From: Gaiellales bacterium
GTDB lineage: Bacteria; Actinomycetota; Thermoleophilia; RBG-16-64-13
Length of the DNA: 64,000 nucleotides
Assembly (NCBI GenBank): GCA_012719395.1
Contig: JAAYAL010000025.1
Location: forward strand, 8,558-72,557
Direction: 5' to 3'
The position numbers and the translations under genes are program-made. Positions 46,795 through 56,579 of this stretch are shown here, piece by piece. The notes under the pieces are model-generated. The model had not been told where the DNA came from and did not search any database. It saw nothing but the letters and a program-made list of their open reading frames with translations. Numbering within the stretch: position 1 is the stretch's first letter; the number at the start of each line of letters is the position of its first letter.

Positions 46795-47451
46795 CTGACG
46801 AGCTTCCCTGCAGATTTCCGGCTCTGGCTGGCGTCGCAGTCGCCGCGCCGCCGCGAGCTCTTGGCCGGCGCCGGTATCCCCTTCCAGGTGGTTCCCTCCA
46901 CGGGCCAGGAGTCTCTGGACTACCAAGAGCCCTTGCTGGCGGCGGAGGGCAACGCGCGGGTCAAGGCGGAAGGCGCGGCCGTGCCCTCCGCCGCCCCCCG
47001 ACCGCACTTCATATTGGGAGCGGATACCATCGTGGTGGTGGACGGAGGTGTGTTGGGCAAGCCGGGAGATAGGGCGGAGGCGCGCCGCATGCTGGCTCTT
47101 CTCTCCGGTCGCTCACACCTGGTGATCACCGGGGTGGCCCTGATGCGGGAAGACGTGAGCGGGGAGCGCAGGTGCGTAGTGGGCAGCGCGGAGACCGAGG
47201 TGTGGTTTCGCGCGCTTCGCCCCGTCCAGTTGGATGCCTACCTGGACGGCGGGGAGTGGGCGGACAAGGCCGGAGCATACGGCATACAGGGCGCGGCCGG
47301 GCTCTTCGTGGAACGCATCGAGGGGGAATATGCCAACGTGGTGGGGTTGCCCTTGTCGCTGATGGTGATGCTGTGCGCCCGGTTGGGTTTCGACCTTCTG
47401 GGACGGCGTTGGATCCCCTCCGTGGGCACCTCTCGTGCACACCCGGTATAA
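46795..47451 (+). CDS. maf: Maf-like nucleoside triphosphate pyrophosphatase; no canonical start codon (CTG at 46795 or read-through)
   Basis: 'LWLASQSPRRRELL' N-terminal Maf motif lies upstream of the first ATG/GTG/TTG. In frame with ndk, separated only by TAG plus a 23-codon linker. Confidence 0.65.
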   Translation: MTSFPADFRLWLASQSPRRRELLAGAGIPFQVVPSTGQESLDYQEPLLAAEGNARVKAEGAAVPSAAPRPHFILGADTIVVVDGGVLGKPGDRAEARRMLALLSGRSHLVITGVALMREDVSGERRCVVGSAETEVWFRALRPVQLDAYLDGGEWADKAGAYGIQGAAGLFVERIEGEYANVVGLPLSLMVMLCARLGFDLLGRRWIPSVGTSRAHPV

Positions 47452-47550
47452 TCGCCGCAGTGTTGGACCCGGACGGCCGGGTGAAAGCGGACATCGGGGA
47501 GAATCGTCATCGCGTTTCTAGGCTGGCTCACCGGTTTCGGGGGACGGGAT

Positions 47551-48558
47551 ATGGCCGTGGATCTCGGTACGGCCAATACCCTTGTCTACGTTCGTGGCAG
47601 GGGCATCGTTCTCTCTGAACCGTCGGTGGTCGCCATCGACGCCCGCAGTGGAGACGTGCATGCGGTGGGTGCGGAGGCCAAGCTCATGCTTGGTCGCACA
47701 CCCGGCCACATCACCGCCATCCGTCCCCTGAAGGACGGAGTTATCGCAGACTTTGACGTCACGGAGCAGATGCTCCGTCACTTCATACAGAAAGTGCACC
47801 AGAATCGCTGGGCTCACCCGCGCGTGGTCATTTGTGTACCTTCGGGGGTGACGGGCGTGGAGCGCCGCGCGGTGGAAGAGGCCACCATTTCCGCCGGAGC
47901 GCGTGCGGCTTACCTCATCGAAGAGCCCATGGCTGCCGCCATTGGGGCGGGGCTTCCCGTGAGCGAGCCCACCGGCAGCATGATCGTGGACATAGGCGGT
48001 GGGACCAGCGAGGTGGCGGTGATCGCCCTGGGCGGGATCGTGACGGCGCAATCCGTCCGCATTGGCGGAGATGAGTTGGATGATTCCATCATCGCCTACG
48101 TCAAGAAAGAGTACAAACTCATGATCGGCCAGCAGACGGCGGAAGAACTGAAGCTGGAGATCGGCTCGGCCTTCCCCCTGGCGGAAGAAGAACAGGCGGA
48201 GATTCGCGGCCGGGACCTGGTGACCGGGCTACCCAAGACCGTGGTGATCTCGTCTGAGGAAGTACGCGAAGCTATTGCCGAGCCGGTGGCGTCCATTGTG
48301 GACGCCATCAAGGCCACACTTGACAAGACGCCGCCGGAGTTGGCCTCGGACATCATGGACCGTGGCATCATGATGGCGGGAGGAGGCGCGCTCTTGCAGG
48401 GGTTCCCGGAGAGAATTCGCCAAGAGACTCAGATGCCCGTACACCTCGCTGAGTCACCGCTGACGTGTGTCGCGGTGGGCTCGGGGCGTTCGCTCGAGGA
48501 GTTCGATACCCTTCATCGTAGCTCGCAGAAGACCAGGAGGCGCCGCTACTACCAGTAG
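47551..48558 (+). CDS. mreB: rod shape-determining protein MreB
   Basis: 'AVDLGTANTLVYV', actin-fold ATPase. Confidence 0.9.
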   Translation: MAVDLGTANTLVYVRGRGIVLSEPSVVAIDARSGDVHAVGAEAKLMLGRTPGHITAIRPLKDGVIADFDVTEQMLRHFIQKVHQNRWAHPRVVICVPSGVTGVERRAVEEATISAGARAAYLIEEPMAAAIGAGLPVSEPTGSMIVDIGGGTSEVAVIALGGIVTAQSVRIGGDELDDSIIAYVKKEYKLMIGQQTAEELKLEIGSAFPLAEEEQAEIRGRDLVTGLPKTVVISSEEVREAIAEPVASIVDAIKATLDKTPPELASDIMDRGIMMAGGGALLQGFPERIRQETQMPVHLAESPLTCVAVGSGRSLEEFDTLHRSSQKTRRRRYYQ

Positions 48559-48573
48559 CGGAGGGCTGTTCTT

Positions 48574-49509
48574 ATGTCGGGACAGAAGGGAGCAGGCCGT
48601 AGACGGCTTGTCTTCACCGTACTGGTGATGGCGTCCCTGCTGCTCGTCACGCTCTTCTTGCGTGAATCGGCGGGTGGCTTCCTGCATTCCATGCAAACGG
48701 ATGGCTTGGGCGCTATGTCGCCCCTTCAATCCCTCGCCACACGCGCCGTGGAGCCGTTCCAGGATGGATGGCGCTACGTCACCGGTTTGTGGTCCGCCTA
48801 CGAGGAGAACGAGAAGCTGACGGCCGAGGTCGAAGAACTCCGGGGGCGGGTGATCGAGCTGGAGGAGGGCGCTGAGCAGAACCGTGACCTCAAGGAGCTC
48901 CTTGACTTCCGGGAATCCGGCATCTTCCCGGAAGGCTCCACCTTTGTGGTGGCCAGAGTGATCGGCCGCTCTCCCACGCAGTGGGAGGAATGGCTACAGA
49001 TAGACCGCGGCACGGCCGACGGCTTGGCCGTCAACCAGCCGGTGGTGGGTGCCATGGGACCGGTGGGCAATTCCCCTGCCGGGAAGGGGTTGGTGGGAAA
49101 GGTGGTGGCGGTCACCGCGCATTCGGCGCAGGTGCAGCTGATACTGGACTCCCAGTCCAGCGTGGCGGCCAAGGTTCAGGGAGGGACGGCAGAGGGCATT
49201 CTGCAGGGGAGTCTCAGCCGGACTCTCATCATGGACTACGTGGAGCGGGACCAGTTGGTGGAGGAGGGGGTTGTCGTTGTCACCTCCGGTATGGGCGGCA
49301 TCTATCCGCGGGGTATCCCGGTGGGCGTGGTGACGGGGATCGGTGAAGAAGACGTCAATATCTACAAACAGATAGAGGTGCAGCCGCAGTTGAATCTCTA
49401 TGGGCTGACGGAAGTCATGGTCATCACCAATCCGCCGGCGGAAACCGGTCTGGGGGAAGGCTTCTTGCCCACCGGTATCCAATCGGGGAGCGGAAGCGGA
49501 CGTGACTGA
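48574..49509 (+). CDS. mreC: rod shape-determining protein MreC
   Basis: TM plus coiled-coil plus beta domains. Follows mreB. Confidence 0.85.
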   Translation: MSGQKGAGRRRLVFTVLVMASLLLVTLFLRESAGGFLHSMQTDGLGAMSPLQSLATRAVEPFQDGWRYVTGLWSAYEENEKLTAEVEELRGRVIELEEGAEQNRDLKELLDFRESGIFPEGSTFVVARVIGRSPTQWEEWLQIDRGTADGLAVNQPVVGAMGPVGNSPAGKGLVGKVVAVTAHSAQVQLILDSQSSVAAKVQGGTAEGILQGSLSRTLIMDYVERDQLVEEGVVVVTSGMGGIYPRGIPVGVVTGIGEEDVNIYKQIEVQPQLNLYGLTEVMVITNPPAETGLGEGFLPTGIQSGSGSGRD

Positions 49510-50032
49510 CGGGCGCAGGATAGCGGCGGGCATCGCCCGTCTGGTGGGGCTTCTGGTGCTGGCCGTTGCGCTGCAGGCCATCCTCACCTCGCGATTCACC
49601 TTGCTGGGCGTCACGGCGGACCTATTCGTCATTCTCACCGTGCTGGTGGGTTTGACGCGCGGCTCGCTGATTGGTGGTGTTCTCGGTTTTGTGGCGGGGT
49701 TGCTGGCGGACATGGTCTTTCTCGATCCTATCGGGCTGCACGCCCTTATCTACCTCGTCACGGGGTATGCCATAGGTCGTTATGCGGAATGGCTTCCGCC
49801 CCTCAGCGCGTGGGCGGTAGTGGCGGCGGCGGCTGCGGCTACGCTGGGGTCGCAGTTCGCCTATGCCGTCTTCCAGCTGCTCACGGGCGGCGGTGCCTCC
49901 TTCTTCGGCATGCTGTGGGTGCAGGTGCTCCCCTCGGCGCTGGTCAACGGCCTGGTGGCGGCGCCGCTCTATCTGGGGCTGGTGCGCCTGCGGCTCATCC
50001 GGCGGCTGGATGCCGTGCACGCAGTGCGTTGA
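49502..50032 (+). CDS. mreD: rod shape-determining protein MreD
   Basis: Polytopic membrane protein. GTG overlaps the mreC stop. Confidence 0.7.
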   Translation: MTDGRRIAAGIARLVGLLVLAVALQAILTSRFTLLGVTADLFVILTVLVGLTRGSLIGGVLGFVAGLLADMVFLDPIGLHALIYLVTGYAIGRYAEWLPPLSAWAVVAAAAAATLGSQFAYAVFQLLTGGGASFFGMLWVQVLPSALVNGLVAAPLYLGLVRLRLIRRLDAVHAVR

Positions 50033-50038
50033 CGCGCC

Positions 50039-51934
50039 ATGTACCTGGAACCGGCCAAGAAGCTGCGCGCCCCCAGTGACGACCCCTCCACGGGGCTTCG
50101 CTTGGGCATGATTCTGCTTGGCGTCCTTCTCATGTTCAGTGTCCTGGTCTTCCGCCTGTGGTTCCTTCAGGTGCTGTCCGGAGACCAGTACGTCTCGCTG
50201 GCGGACGACAACCGTACGCGTACCGTGGAACTGGAGGCACCTCGCGGTCTCATCTATGACTGCAACGGCAAGGTGCTGGTGGGTAACCGCGCCGGCCTCA
50301 GCGTTGGTGTGCTGCCCATGGAGCTTCGCAACGAGGCGAACGTGATCCCTCGGCTGGCCTCTCTCCTGGGGATGCCGGCGGAAGACCTGGCCAAGAAGAT
50401 TGGCGAAGCCAAGAGGGATCCCTATCGTGTCACCGTTCTGGCGGAAGACGTGCCGGAGACACCCACGGTCGCCTACCTGGAGGAGCACAGCCTGGAATTC
50501 CCCGGAATCCGGGTGGAGAAGAGCTATCTGCGCAACTATGGCCGGCCTGCCTTTGCGGCGCACATACTGGGCTACGTGGGCGAGATATCGGAAGAGGGCA
50601 TGAACCAAGAGCGCTTCCGCTCGCTGCCGGCCGGTTCCATCGTGGGCAAGGAAGGGCTCGAATACACGTACGATTCCTACCTGCGCGGAATCAACGGGAG
50701 CCGCACGGTCGAGGTGGACTACCAGGGGCGCGCCAAGCGCTTGCTGGATACCGTGAGGCCAACGGCCGGGCACAATGTGGTTCTCACCATAGACAGCACC
50801 ATCCAGGAGGTGGCGGAGCGGGCCATCAAGGAGGAGGGCATCGACCGTGCCCACGCGGCGGGTTTCAAGGAGGCGGCGGGCGGCGCCGTGATCGCCCTTG
50901 ATCCGCGCTCGGGTGAGATTTTGGCCTTGACCTCGTACCCGGATTACGATCCCACCATCTTCGTCAATGGCCTGTCCGCCAAAGAGAACACCGCTCTCAG
51001 CGCGGAGGACGCGCACCAACCGCTCACCAACCGCGCCACCATGGGTCTGTACCCGCCGGCCTCCACGTTCAAGGCCTTCATCACCACTGCGGCCCTGCAG
51101 CTTGGCCTGGTGGATCGCGACACGGTCTTCAACTGCCCGGGCACCTTCAGCTTCAGTGGACAGGTGCTGCGTTGCTGGAATCCCGATGGCCATGGTGACG
51201 TGAACCTGGTGGAGGCCATCATGGAGTCGTGCGACATCTACTTCTACAATCTGGGGCTGCTCTTCAACGAGCAGACCACCGGCATGCAGATCCAGGCCAC
51301 CGCCCGCCGTTTCGGGTTTGGTCAGGCCACGGGCATTGATCTTCCGGGCGAGAGTCTGGGGCTGGTCCCTGATGATGTCTGGAAAGCGGCCCGCGGGGCC
51401 ACGGAGGAGGACAAGCTGTGGATGCCGGGAGATGACGTCAATCTCTCCATCGGGCAGGGGAACCTGCTGGTCACGCCTCTGCAGCTGGCAGTGGCCTACT
51501 CGGCTATCGCCAACGGCGGCAAGGTGATGACACCCCGCTTGGCCAAGTCGGTGACGGATGGGGAGGGCACGGTCATACACGAGTTCACCAGCGAGGTGGT
51601 GCGGGATCTGGAGCTGGATGACCCCACCTATGACCCGCTCTACGAGGGCTTGCGGCTGGTCACCGGGGAAACACTGGGCACGGCATACAGCGCTTTCGCG
51701 GGGTTTCCCATCCAGGTGGCCGGCAAGACGGGGACGGCGGAAAAGCTGCCTGAAGCCGACTATGCCTGGTTTGTGGGTTACGCGCCCGCGGATGCCCCCG
51801 AGATCGTGGTGGTGGCGCTGGTGGAACAGGGTGGGCACGGCTCCTCCGTGGCGGCGCCGGTGGTGCGCCGGGTCATGGAAGTGTATTTCCAGACGGAGTC
51901 CACCGGTGTGGGCGCCATCGAGGCCACCGACTGA
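50039..51934 (+). CDS. mrdA: penicillin-binding protein 2 (elongasome transpeptidase)
   Basis: PBP dimer domain plus transpeptidase 'STFK', 'SCD'(SxN), 'KTGT'. Confidence 0.85.
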   Translation: MYLEPAKKLRAPSDDPSTGLRLGMILLGVLLMFSVLVFRLWFLQVLSGDQYVSLADDNRTRTVELEAPRGLIYDCNGKVLVGNRAGLSVGVLPMELRNEANVIPRLASLLGMPAEDLAKKIGEAKRDPYRVTVLAEDVPETPTVAYLEEHSLEFPGIRVEKSYLRNYGRPAFAAHILGYVGEISEEGMNQERFRSLPAGSIVGKEGLEYTYDSYLRGINGSRTVEVDYQGRAKRLLDTVRPTAGHNVVLTIDSTIQEVAERAIKEEGIDRAHAAGFKEAAGGAVIALDPRSGEILALTSYPDYDPTIFVNGLSAKENTALSAEDAHQPLTNRATMGLYPPASTFKAFITTAALQLGLVDRDTVFNCPGTFSFSGQVLRCWNPDGHGDVNLVEAIMESCDIYFYNLGLLFNEQTTGMQIQATARRFGFGQATGIDLPGESLGLVPDDVWKAARGATEEDKLWMPGDDVNLSIGQGNLLVTPLQLAVAYSAIANGGKVMTPRLAKSVTDGEGTVIHEFTSEVVRDLELDDPTYDPLYEGLRLVTGETLGTAYSAFAGFPIQVAGKTGTAEKLPEADYAWFVGYAPADAPEIVVVALVEQGGHGSSVAAPVVRRVMEVYFQTESTGVGAIEATD

Positions 51935-53127
51935 TGGTGCTGGAGCGCGCCACAGCCTTCCGTCGGACCAGCCTGAGCCCCGGGGTGTTCTTCCGCTCCT
52001 TCGATTGGCTGCTGTTCCTCACGGCGCTCGTCCTCACCGGCTACGGGATGGCCATGATCTATTCCGCCACGCACGGGGACTCCAGTGCCGGAGATGCGCT
52101 GGTGTACGTGCGCAACCAGCTTGTGGGCCTGGGATTGGGGCTGGTGGCGGGGATCGGTCTCAGCCTCCTGGATTTTGAGAGACTGCTGGGGTGGCAGAAG
52201 TACATCTACGGTTTCATGGTCCTGCTGCTGGTGGTGACGCTGTTCATCGGCTCGGGCCGTAACGATGCGCACCGCTGGATCGCACTCCCCTTCTTCGACC
52301 TGCAATCGGCCGAGCTGGCGAAACTGCTGCTCATCGTCACCCTCAGCGCTTTCCTGGCAGAGGGCTTGGAGCTGCGCGGTCGTTTCCGTTACGTGTTGCT
52401 GGCCGTGGGGTACGTGGCCGTCCCCACCCTCTTGGTGTACCTGGAGCCGGACTTGGGGACATCGCTGGTGTTGGTCGCCATCCTCGTGGCCACGCTTCTG
52501 GCGTGGGGGATCCGCTGGGGACACCTGGCGGCGCTGGCCGGCGCGGGGGTGGCGATGATGGTTCTCGTGCTCAGGGGCCTGCCGGCGCTGGGCATCAACC
52601 TGCTCAAGGAATACCAGGTCCAGCGGCTCCTGGTCTTCCTGAACCCGGAACGCGATCTGACCGGCGAAGGCTACCAGCTCATGCAGAGCCGTATCGCCGT
52701 GGCCAGTGGCATGTATACGGGCAAGGGTTACATGCAGGGAACCCAGACTCACCTGAACTTCCTGCCGGAGCACCACACGGACTTCATCTTCGCTGTGATA
52801 GGGGAGGAACTGGGCTTTGTGGGCGCCATCCTACTCTTGGCGCTGTACCTCCTGCTCATCTGGCGCGTGCTGCGGATCGCCGGTCGCTCCAAGAGCATGT
52901 ACGGGACGCTCATTGGGGCCGGGGTGGCCGGGGCTATCGTGTTCCAGGTCTTTGTCAACGTGGGTATGACCATCGGCATCATGCCTGTAACCGGCATTCC
53001 GCTGCCGCTTCTGAGCTATGGTAGCGCCTCGCTGGTGGTATTCTGGATGGCTATCGGGCTGCTGGAGAGCATCCAGGTCCGTTCTCTGGCCGCCCAGTTC
53101 AACAAGCGCATTCCACCGGGTGTATAG
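51934..53127 (+). CDS. rodA: peptidoglycan glycosyltransferase RodA (SEDS family)
   Basis: FtsW/RodA/SpoVE signature, 10 TM. ATG overlaps the mrdA stop. Confidence 0.85.
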   Translation: MVLERATAFRRTSLSPGVFFRSFDWLLFLTALVLTGYGMAMIYSATHGDSSAGDALVYVRNQLVGLGLGLVAGIGLSLLDFERLLGWQKYIYGFMVLLLVVTLFIGSGRNDAHRWIALPFFDLQSAELAKLLLIVTLSAFLAEGLELRGRFRYVLLAVGYVAVPTLLVYLEPDLGTSLVLVAILVATLLAWGIRWGHLAALAGAGVAMMVLVLRGLPALGINLLKEYQVQRLLVFLNPERDLTGEGYQLMQSRIAVASGMYTGKGYMQGTQTHLNFLPEHHTDFIFAVIGEELGFVGAILLLALYLLLIWRVLRIAGRSKSMYGTLIGAGVAGAIVFQVFVNVGMTIGIMPVTGIPLPLLSYGSASLVVFWMAIGLLESIQVRSLAAQFNKRIPPGV

Positions 53128-53154
53128 ACAGACGTTGCCGGCGGTAAGGGGAGC

Positions 53155-54012
53155 ATGGTGAAGCTACCGGTTGATCCGCAGAGGGTGCTTGAGACATTGA
53201 AGGCTTCCACCACGGCAGCCGCCGTGCCGGCCGATCTGCTGATCGCCGGCGCGGCGCGGTGGCTGGACACTCTGGCGGCGTTGGTGGCGGAGGGCCACGA
53301 GTGGCCGGCGCGCAGCCCGGCCACGGCTGAGGAGGTTGCGCTTCTGCGGCCGGCCGCGGACCAGCTGGTGCTGGCCGTGCTCCCGGGGGAGGAAGAGGCC
53401 GATTTCAAACGGAACCTTGGCACTCTGCAGTGGCCCGCCGGTGGGGTGGTGGCCGTGGTGGTGGGCGCATGGCCGGAGAAGGGCATCACCTGGTATCGGG
53501 ACAACGTGGCACGCGTGGCCTGGGACGGCAGCGCCGCGGCTCCCGGCGTGGAGAAGCTGCTGGAGGCCGTGGCGTGGGCCGCGGCCAAGCGGGCCGCTCC
53601 ACTCGCGCGTCGCTTCCCCGGACTACGCCCGGCGGTCTCGCGCCGTCTCATCCGCCAGAGCGCGCGGCGGACTGCGGGCCTGGGGGCGCTGTCCAACGTG
53701 CCCGGGCTTGACCTGGCTACCGTTGGCCTTGAGCAGATGCGTCTGGTTCTGTCGCTGGCCGCGGTTCACGATCAGGAGATAGGGAAGGATCGCGCGCTGG
53801 AGCTGGTGTCTGTGCTGGGCGTGGGCTTCGGGTTGCGCGCGCTGAGCCGCCGGGCAGTGGGCTGGCTGCCGGGTGTCGGCTGGGCCGTGAGGGGAAGCGT
53901 GGCCTATGGCAGCACGCTGGGCCTGGGAGAGGCGGCGGTTCGCTACTTCCAGGCAGGGGCTCCTCTCGCTACCTCGCGTGTGGCTGATCTGGCACAGCGA
54001 TTCAGAAGGTGA
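53155..54012 (+). CDS. hypothetical protein with DUF697-like C-terminal region
   Basis: 'LPGVGWAVRGSVAYGSTLGLGEAAVRYF' resembles the DUF697 Gly-rich segment. AAGGGGAG RBS. Confidence 0.4.
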   Translation: MVKLPVDPQRVLETLKASTTAAAVPADLLIAGAARWLDTLAALVAEGHEWPARSPATAEEVALLRPAADQLVLAVLPGEEEADFKRNLGTLQWPAGGVVAVVVGAWPEKGITWYRDNVARVAWDGSAAAPGVEKLLEAVAWAAAKRAAPLARRFPGLRPAVSRRLIRQSARRTAGLGALSNVPGLDLATVGLEQMRLVLSLAAVHDQEIGKDRALELVSVLGVGFGLRALSRRAVGWLPGVGWAVRGSVAYGSTLGLGEAAVRYFQAGAPLATSRVADLAQRFRR

Positions 54013-56564
54013 GCGGTGACGCGACCGCGCGATTCGAGCGGGTTCTCAGTCGGGTTCAGAATGCCGCCCGGCTGATCGGCGGAGAGGTCGGCTCTGGTCC
54101 CGGTTTTAGTGGGGGGGCCGGCGAGTTGCGCGTTGTCCTAGCCTTTCCCGAATCGTATGAGATCGGTATCTCCAATCAGGCCATCCAGATCCTCTACCAC
54201 GTTGCCCGTGCTATGCCCGAGGTCGGTGTGGAGCGCGCATATCTGCCCTGGGTGGAGGCCATCGCCGAAATGCGGCGTTCGCAGGTTCCACTGCTGACTC
54301 TGGAGACCTGGTCGCCCGTGTCATCGGCCCATGTGCTGGGCATCTCTCTGCAGCATGAGCTGAACTTCACCAACGTCTTGGAGCTGCTGGACCTGTCGGG
54401 CATTCCTCTTCGCGCCCGCGAGCGGACAGGGCTGCCGCTGGTGATTGCCGGTGGCCCGGCCACGGCCAACTTTCTGCCCATGGCACCCTTCCTGGATGCG
54501 GTGCTGGTGGGGGAGGGGGAGGAGGCGTTCCCCCAGATGCTGACGCAGGTCTCCGCGGAGTGGCGCGAGGGACGGTCTCGAGAGGAACTGAAGGCGGCGC
54601 TGGCGCGCATCGATGGCGTGTACGTGCCGGGCGTCAGCAGTCGAGTGCAGCGGCGGGTGCTTCCCCGGCTGGAGGGTGCGCCTTATCCGGCTGCCGGTCT
54701 GGTTCCCCTGACGGCTGGGGTGCATGACCGGGCCTGGGTGGAGGTCATGCGCGGCTGCACGCGCGGCTGCCGCTTCTGCCAGGCAGGCATGTGGTACCGG
54801 CCGGTCCGCGAGCGCTCGGCAGAATGTGTGGTAGACCTGGCGGCGGCCGAACTGATGGCTACCGGGCACCAGGAGGTGGCGCTCGCCTCCCTCTCCACCA
54901 CCGATTACACGCAGTTGGACCGGGTCTTGGCTGACCTGAGTGCGCGCTGCCCTGAGGCGCATGTGTCTCTGCCTTCGCTCCGGGTTGACTCCGCTGCCGT
55001 TCGCTTGGGGCGGGTACTGTCGCCTCGAGGTACGTCGCTCACCTTGGCACCGGAGGCCGGAAGTCAGCGCCTGCGGGACGTCATCAACAAGAACGTCACC
55101 CAGGAAGATATCGAGGGTGCGGCCACGGAGGCCTTCGCGCTTGGCTACACCACGCTCAAGCTCTACTTCATGATCGGGTTGCCTACGGAGACGGACGAGG
55201 ACGTGGAGGCCATCGTGCACCTGTGCCAGCGGCTGCGCCGGATCGGGAGGGAAGCGCTGGGCTCTCGCAGCAACCGACTTTCGTTACGGGTGAGTGCCAC
55301 CAATTTCATACCCAAGCCTTTCACGCCCTTCCAGTGGGAACCCATGGCCTCACGGGAGGACCTGGAGCGCCGGCAGGAGATCCTTCGTCGCGGCCTGGCC
55401 CGGTTGCGCATCAGGCCGGCGTTGCACAGCGTCGACGGCAGCTATCTGGAAGCGACCCTGGCCCGCGGTGGGAGCGAAACGGCGGAGGTGATCGAGAGGG
55501 CGTGGCGGCAGGGGGCCCGTTTTGACAACTGGACAGACCAGTATCGCCCGGAGGCCTGGGATCAGGCTTTCCGAGCCGCGGGGCTCACGGCTGAGGTAGG
55601 GGCCACCACCTCATACGCGCCGGACACGGAGCTACCCTGGGATGTTATTGAGGGGGGTGTGCCCACCAAGGGCTTCCTGTGGCAGGAAAGGGTGGCCGCC
55701 CTGGCGGGTACCGTCACCGAAGACTGCCGGGAAGGGCTGTGTGGGGACTGCGGCGTCTGTGAGGCGGGAACGGCCACTGATCTGGCCGCGGCGGCGCCGG
55801 CGAAGGCCGCGGCGGTGACGCCGGCAGGAGATGCGACGGTTGCGCCGGCCGTGCCAACCTCGTCGCTCATGCCTGCAGTGAAGGCGGTTCCGGCTTCCTT
55901 CCTGCTGGCCTTTGCCGTGGAGGGACGCGCACGCTTCTTCGCTCATCTTGACACCATGGAGCTCCTGCGCCGTGCAGTACGGCGGGCCGGAGGGCGGCTG
56001 GCGCTCTCGGCGGGGATGAGACCCAAGCCGTTGCTGACCGTGCTCCTGCCTCGGCCGGTGGGTGTGGAGGGGCGGGAGGAGCTGTGTCAGTTCACGCTGG
56101 CAGAGCCGGCTCCGGCTGAATGCACCGCGCGACTGCAGGAGGCATTGCCGGCAGGCTTTCGGGTCTTGTGGTTGCGACCCTGGCGGCGGCGGGAGGCGGC
56201 GGCCGGTCAGGTGGCGGCTGTTGACTACGAAGTGCAGGTCGCTGTGGCGGAGGCTGCGTCGGATGGTGCACGGCTGCGCGAACTGGAAGACGCATCGCGG
56301 CGATATACTGAGCTGAGCTCTGTCGAGGTAGAGCGGCGTCGCCCGGGTCGCGTGCAGCCGGTTGACGTGCGGCAGTATGTCGACACTGTGAAGATTTCCG
56401 CCCGCGAGGGCGCTGTTGTCATGGAGTTTCGATCTCGGGTCTCGCCGGCCGGGACCGCGCGCCCTGAAGAGGTGGTGAGGGCTCTGGCCCGGTTGTCCGG
56501 CATTGACCTGGAGGTGGCTCGTGCCGTGCGCGTGCGGATCCTGCTGAGCGGGCACAAGGTTTAG
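54009..56564 (+). CDS. B12-binding radical SAM protein fused to DUF2344 (TIGR03960/TIGR03936-type)
   Basis: 'CTRGCRFCQAG' CxxxCxxC in a B12-binding-type context. C-terminal DUF2344-like half. Classic rne/rng neighbour. Confidence 0.8.
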   Translation: MSGDATARFERVLSRVQNAARLIGGEVGSGPGFSGGAGELRVVLAFPESYEIGISNQAIQILYHVARAMPEVGVERAYLPWVEAIAEMRRSQVPLLTLETWSPVSSAHVLGISLQHELNFTNVLELLDLSGIPLRARERTGLPLVIAGGPATANFLPMAPFLDAVLVGEGEEAFPQMLTQVSAEWREGRSREELKAALARIDGVYVPGVSSRVQRRVLPRLEGAPYPAAGLVPLTAGVHDRAWVEVMRGCTRGCRFCQAGMWYRPVRERSAECVVDLAAAELMATGHQEVALASLSTTDYTQLDRVLADLSARCPEAHVSLPSLRVDSAAVRLGRVLSPRGTSLTLAPEAGSQRLRDVINKNVTQEDIEGAATEAFALGYTTLKLYFMIGLPTETDEDVEAIVHLCQRLRRIGREALGSRSNRLSLRVSATNFIPKPFTPFQWEPMASREDLERRQEILRRGLARLRIRPALHSVDGSYLEATLARGGSETAEVIERAWRQGARFDNWTDQYRPEAWDQAFRAAGLTAEVGATTSYAPDTELPWDVIEGGVPTKGFLWQERVAALAGTVTEDCREGLCGDCGVCEAGTATDLAAAAPAKAAAVTPAGDATVAPAVPTSSLMPAVKAVPASFLLAFAVEGRARFFAHLDTMELLRRAVRRAGGRLALSAGMRPKPLLTVLLPRPVGVEGREELCQFTLAEPAPAECTARLQEALPAGFRVLWLRPWRRREAAAGQVAAVDYEVQVAVAEAASDGARLRELEDASRRYTELSSVEVERRRPGRVQPVDVRQYVDTVKISAREGAVVMEFRSRVSPAGTARPEEVVRALARLSGIDLEVARAVRVRILLSGHKV

Positions 56565-56579
56565 CGAAAGGTTCTCCCT

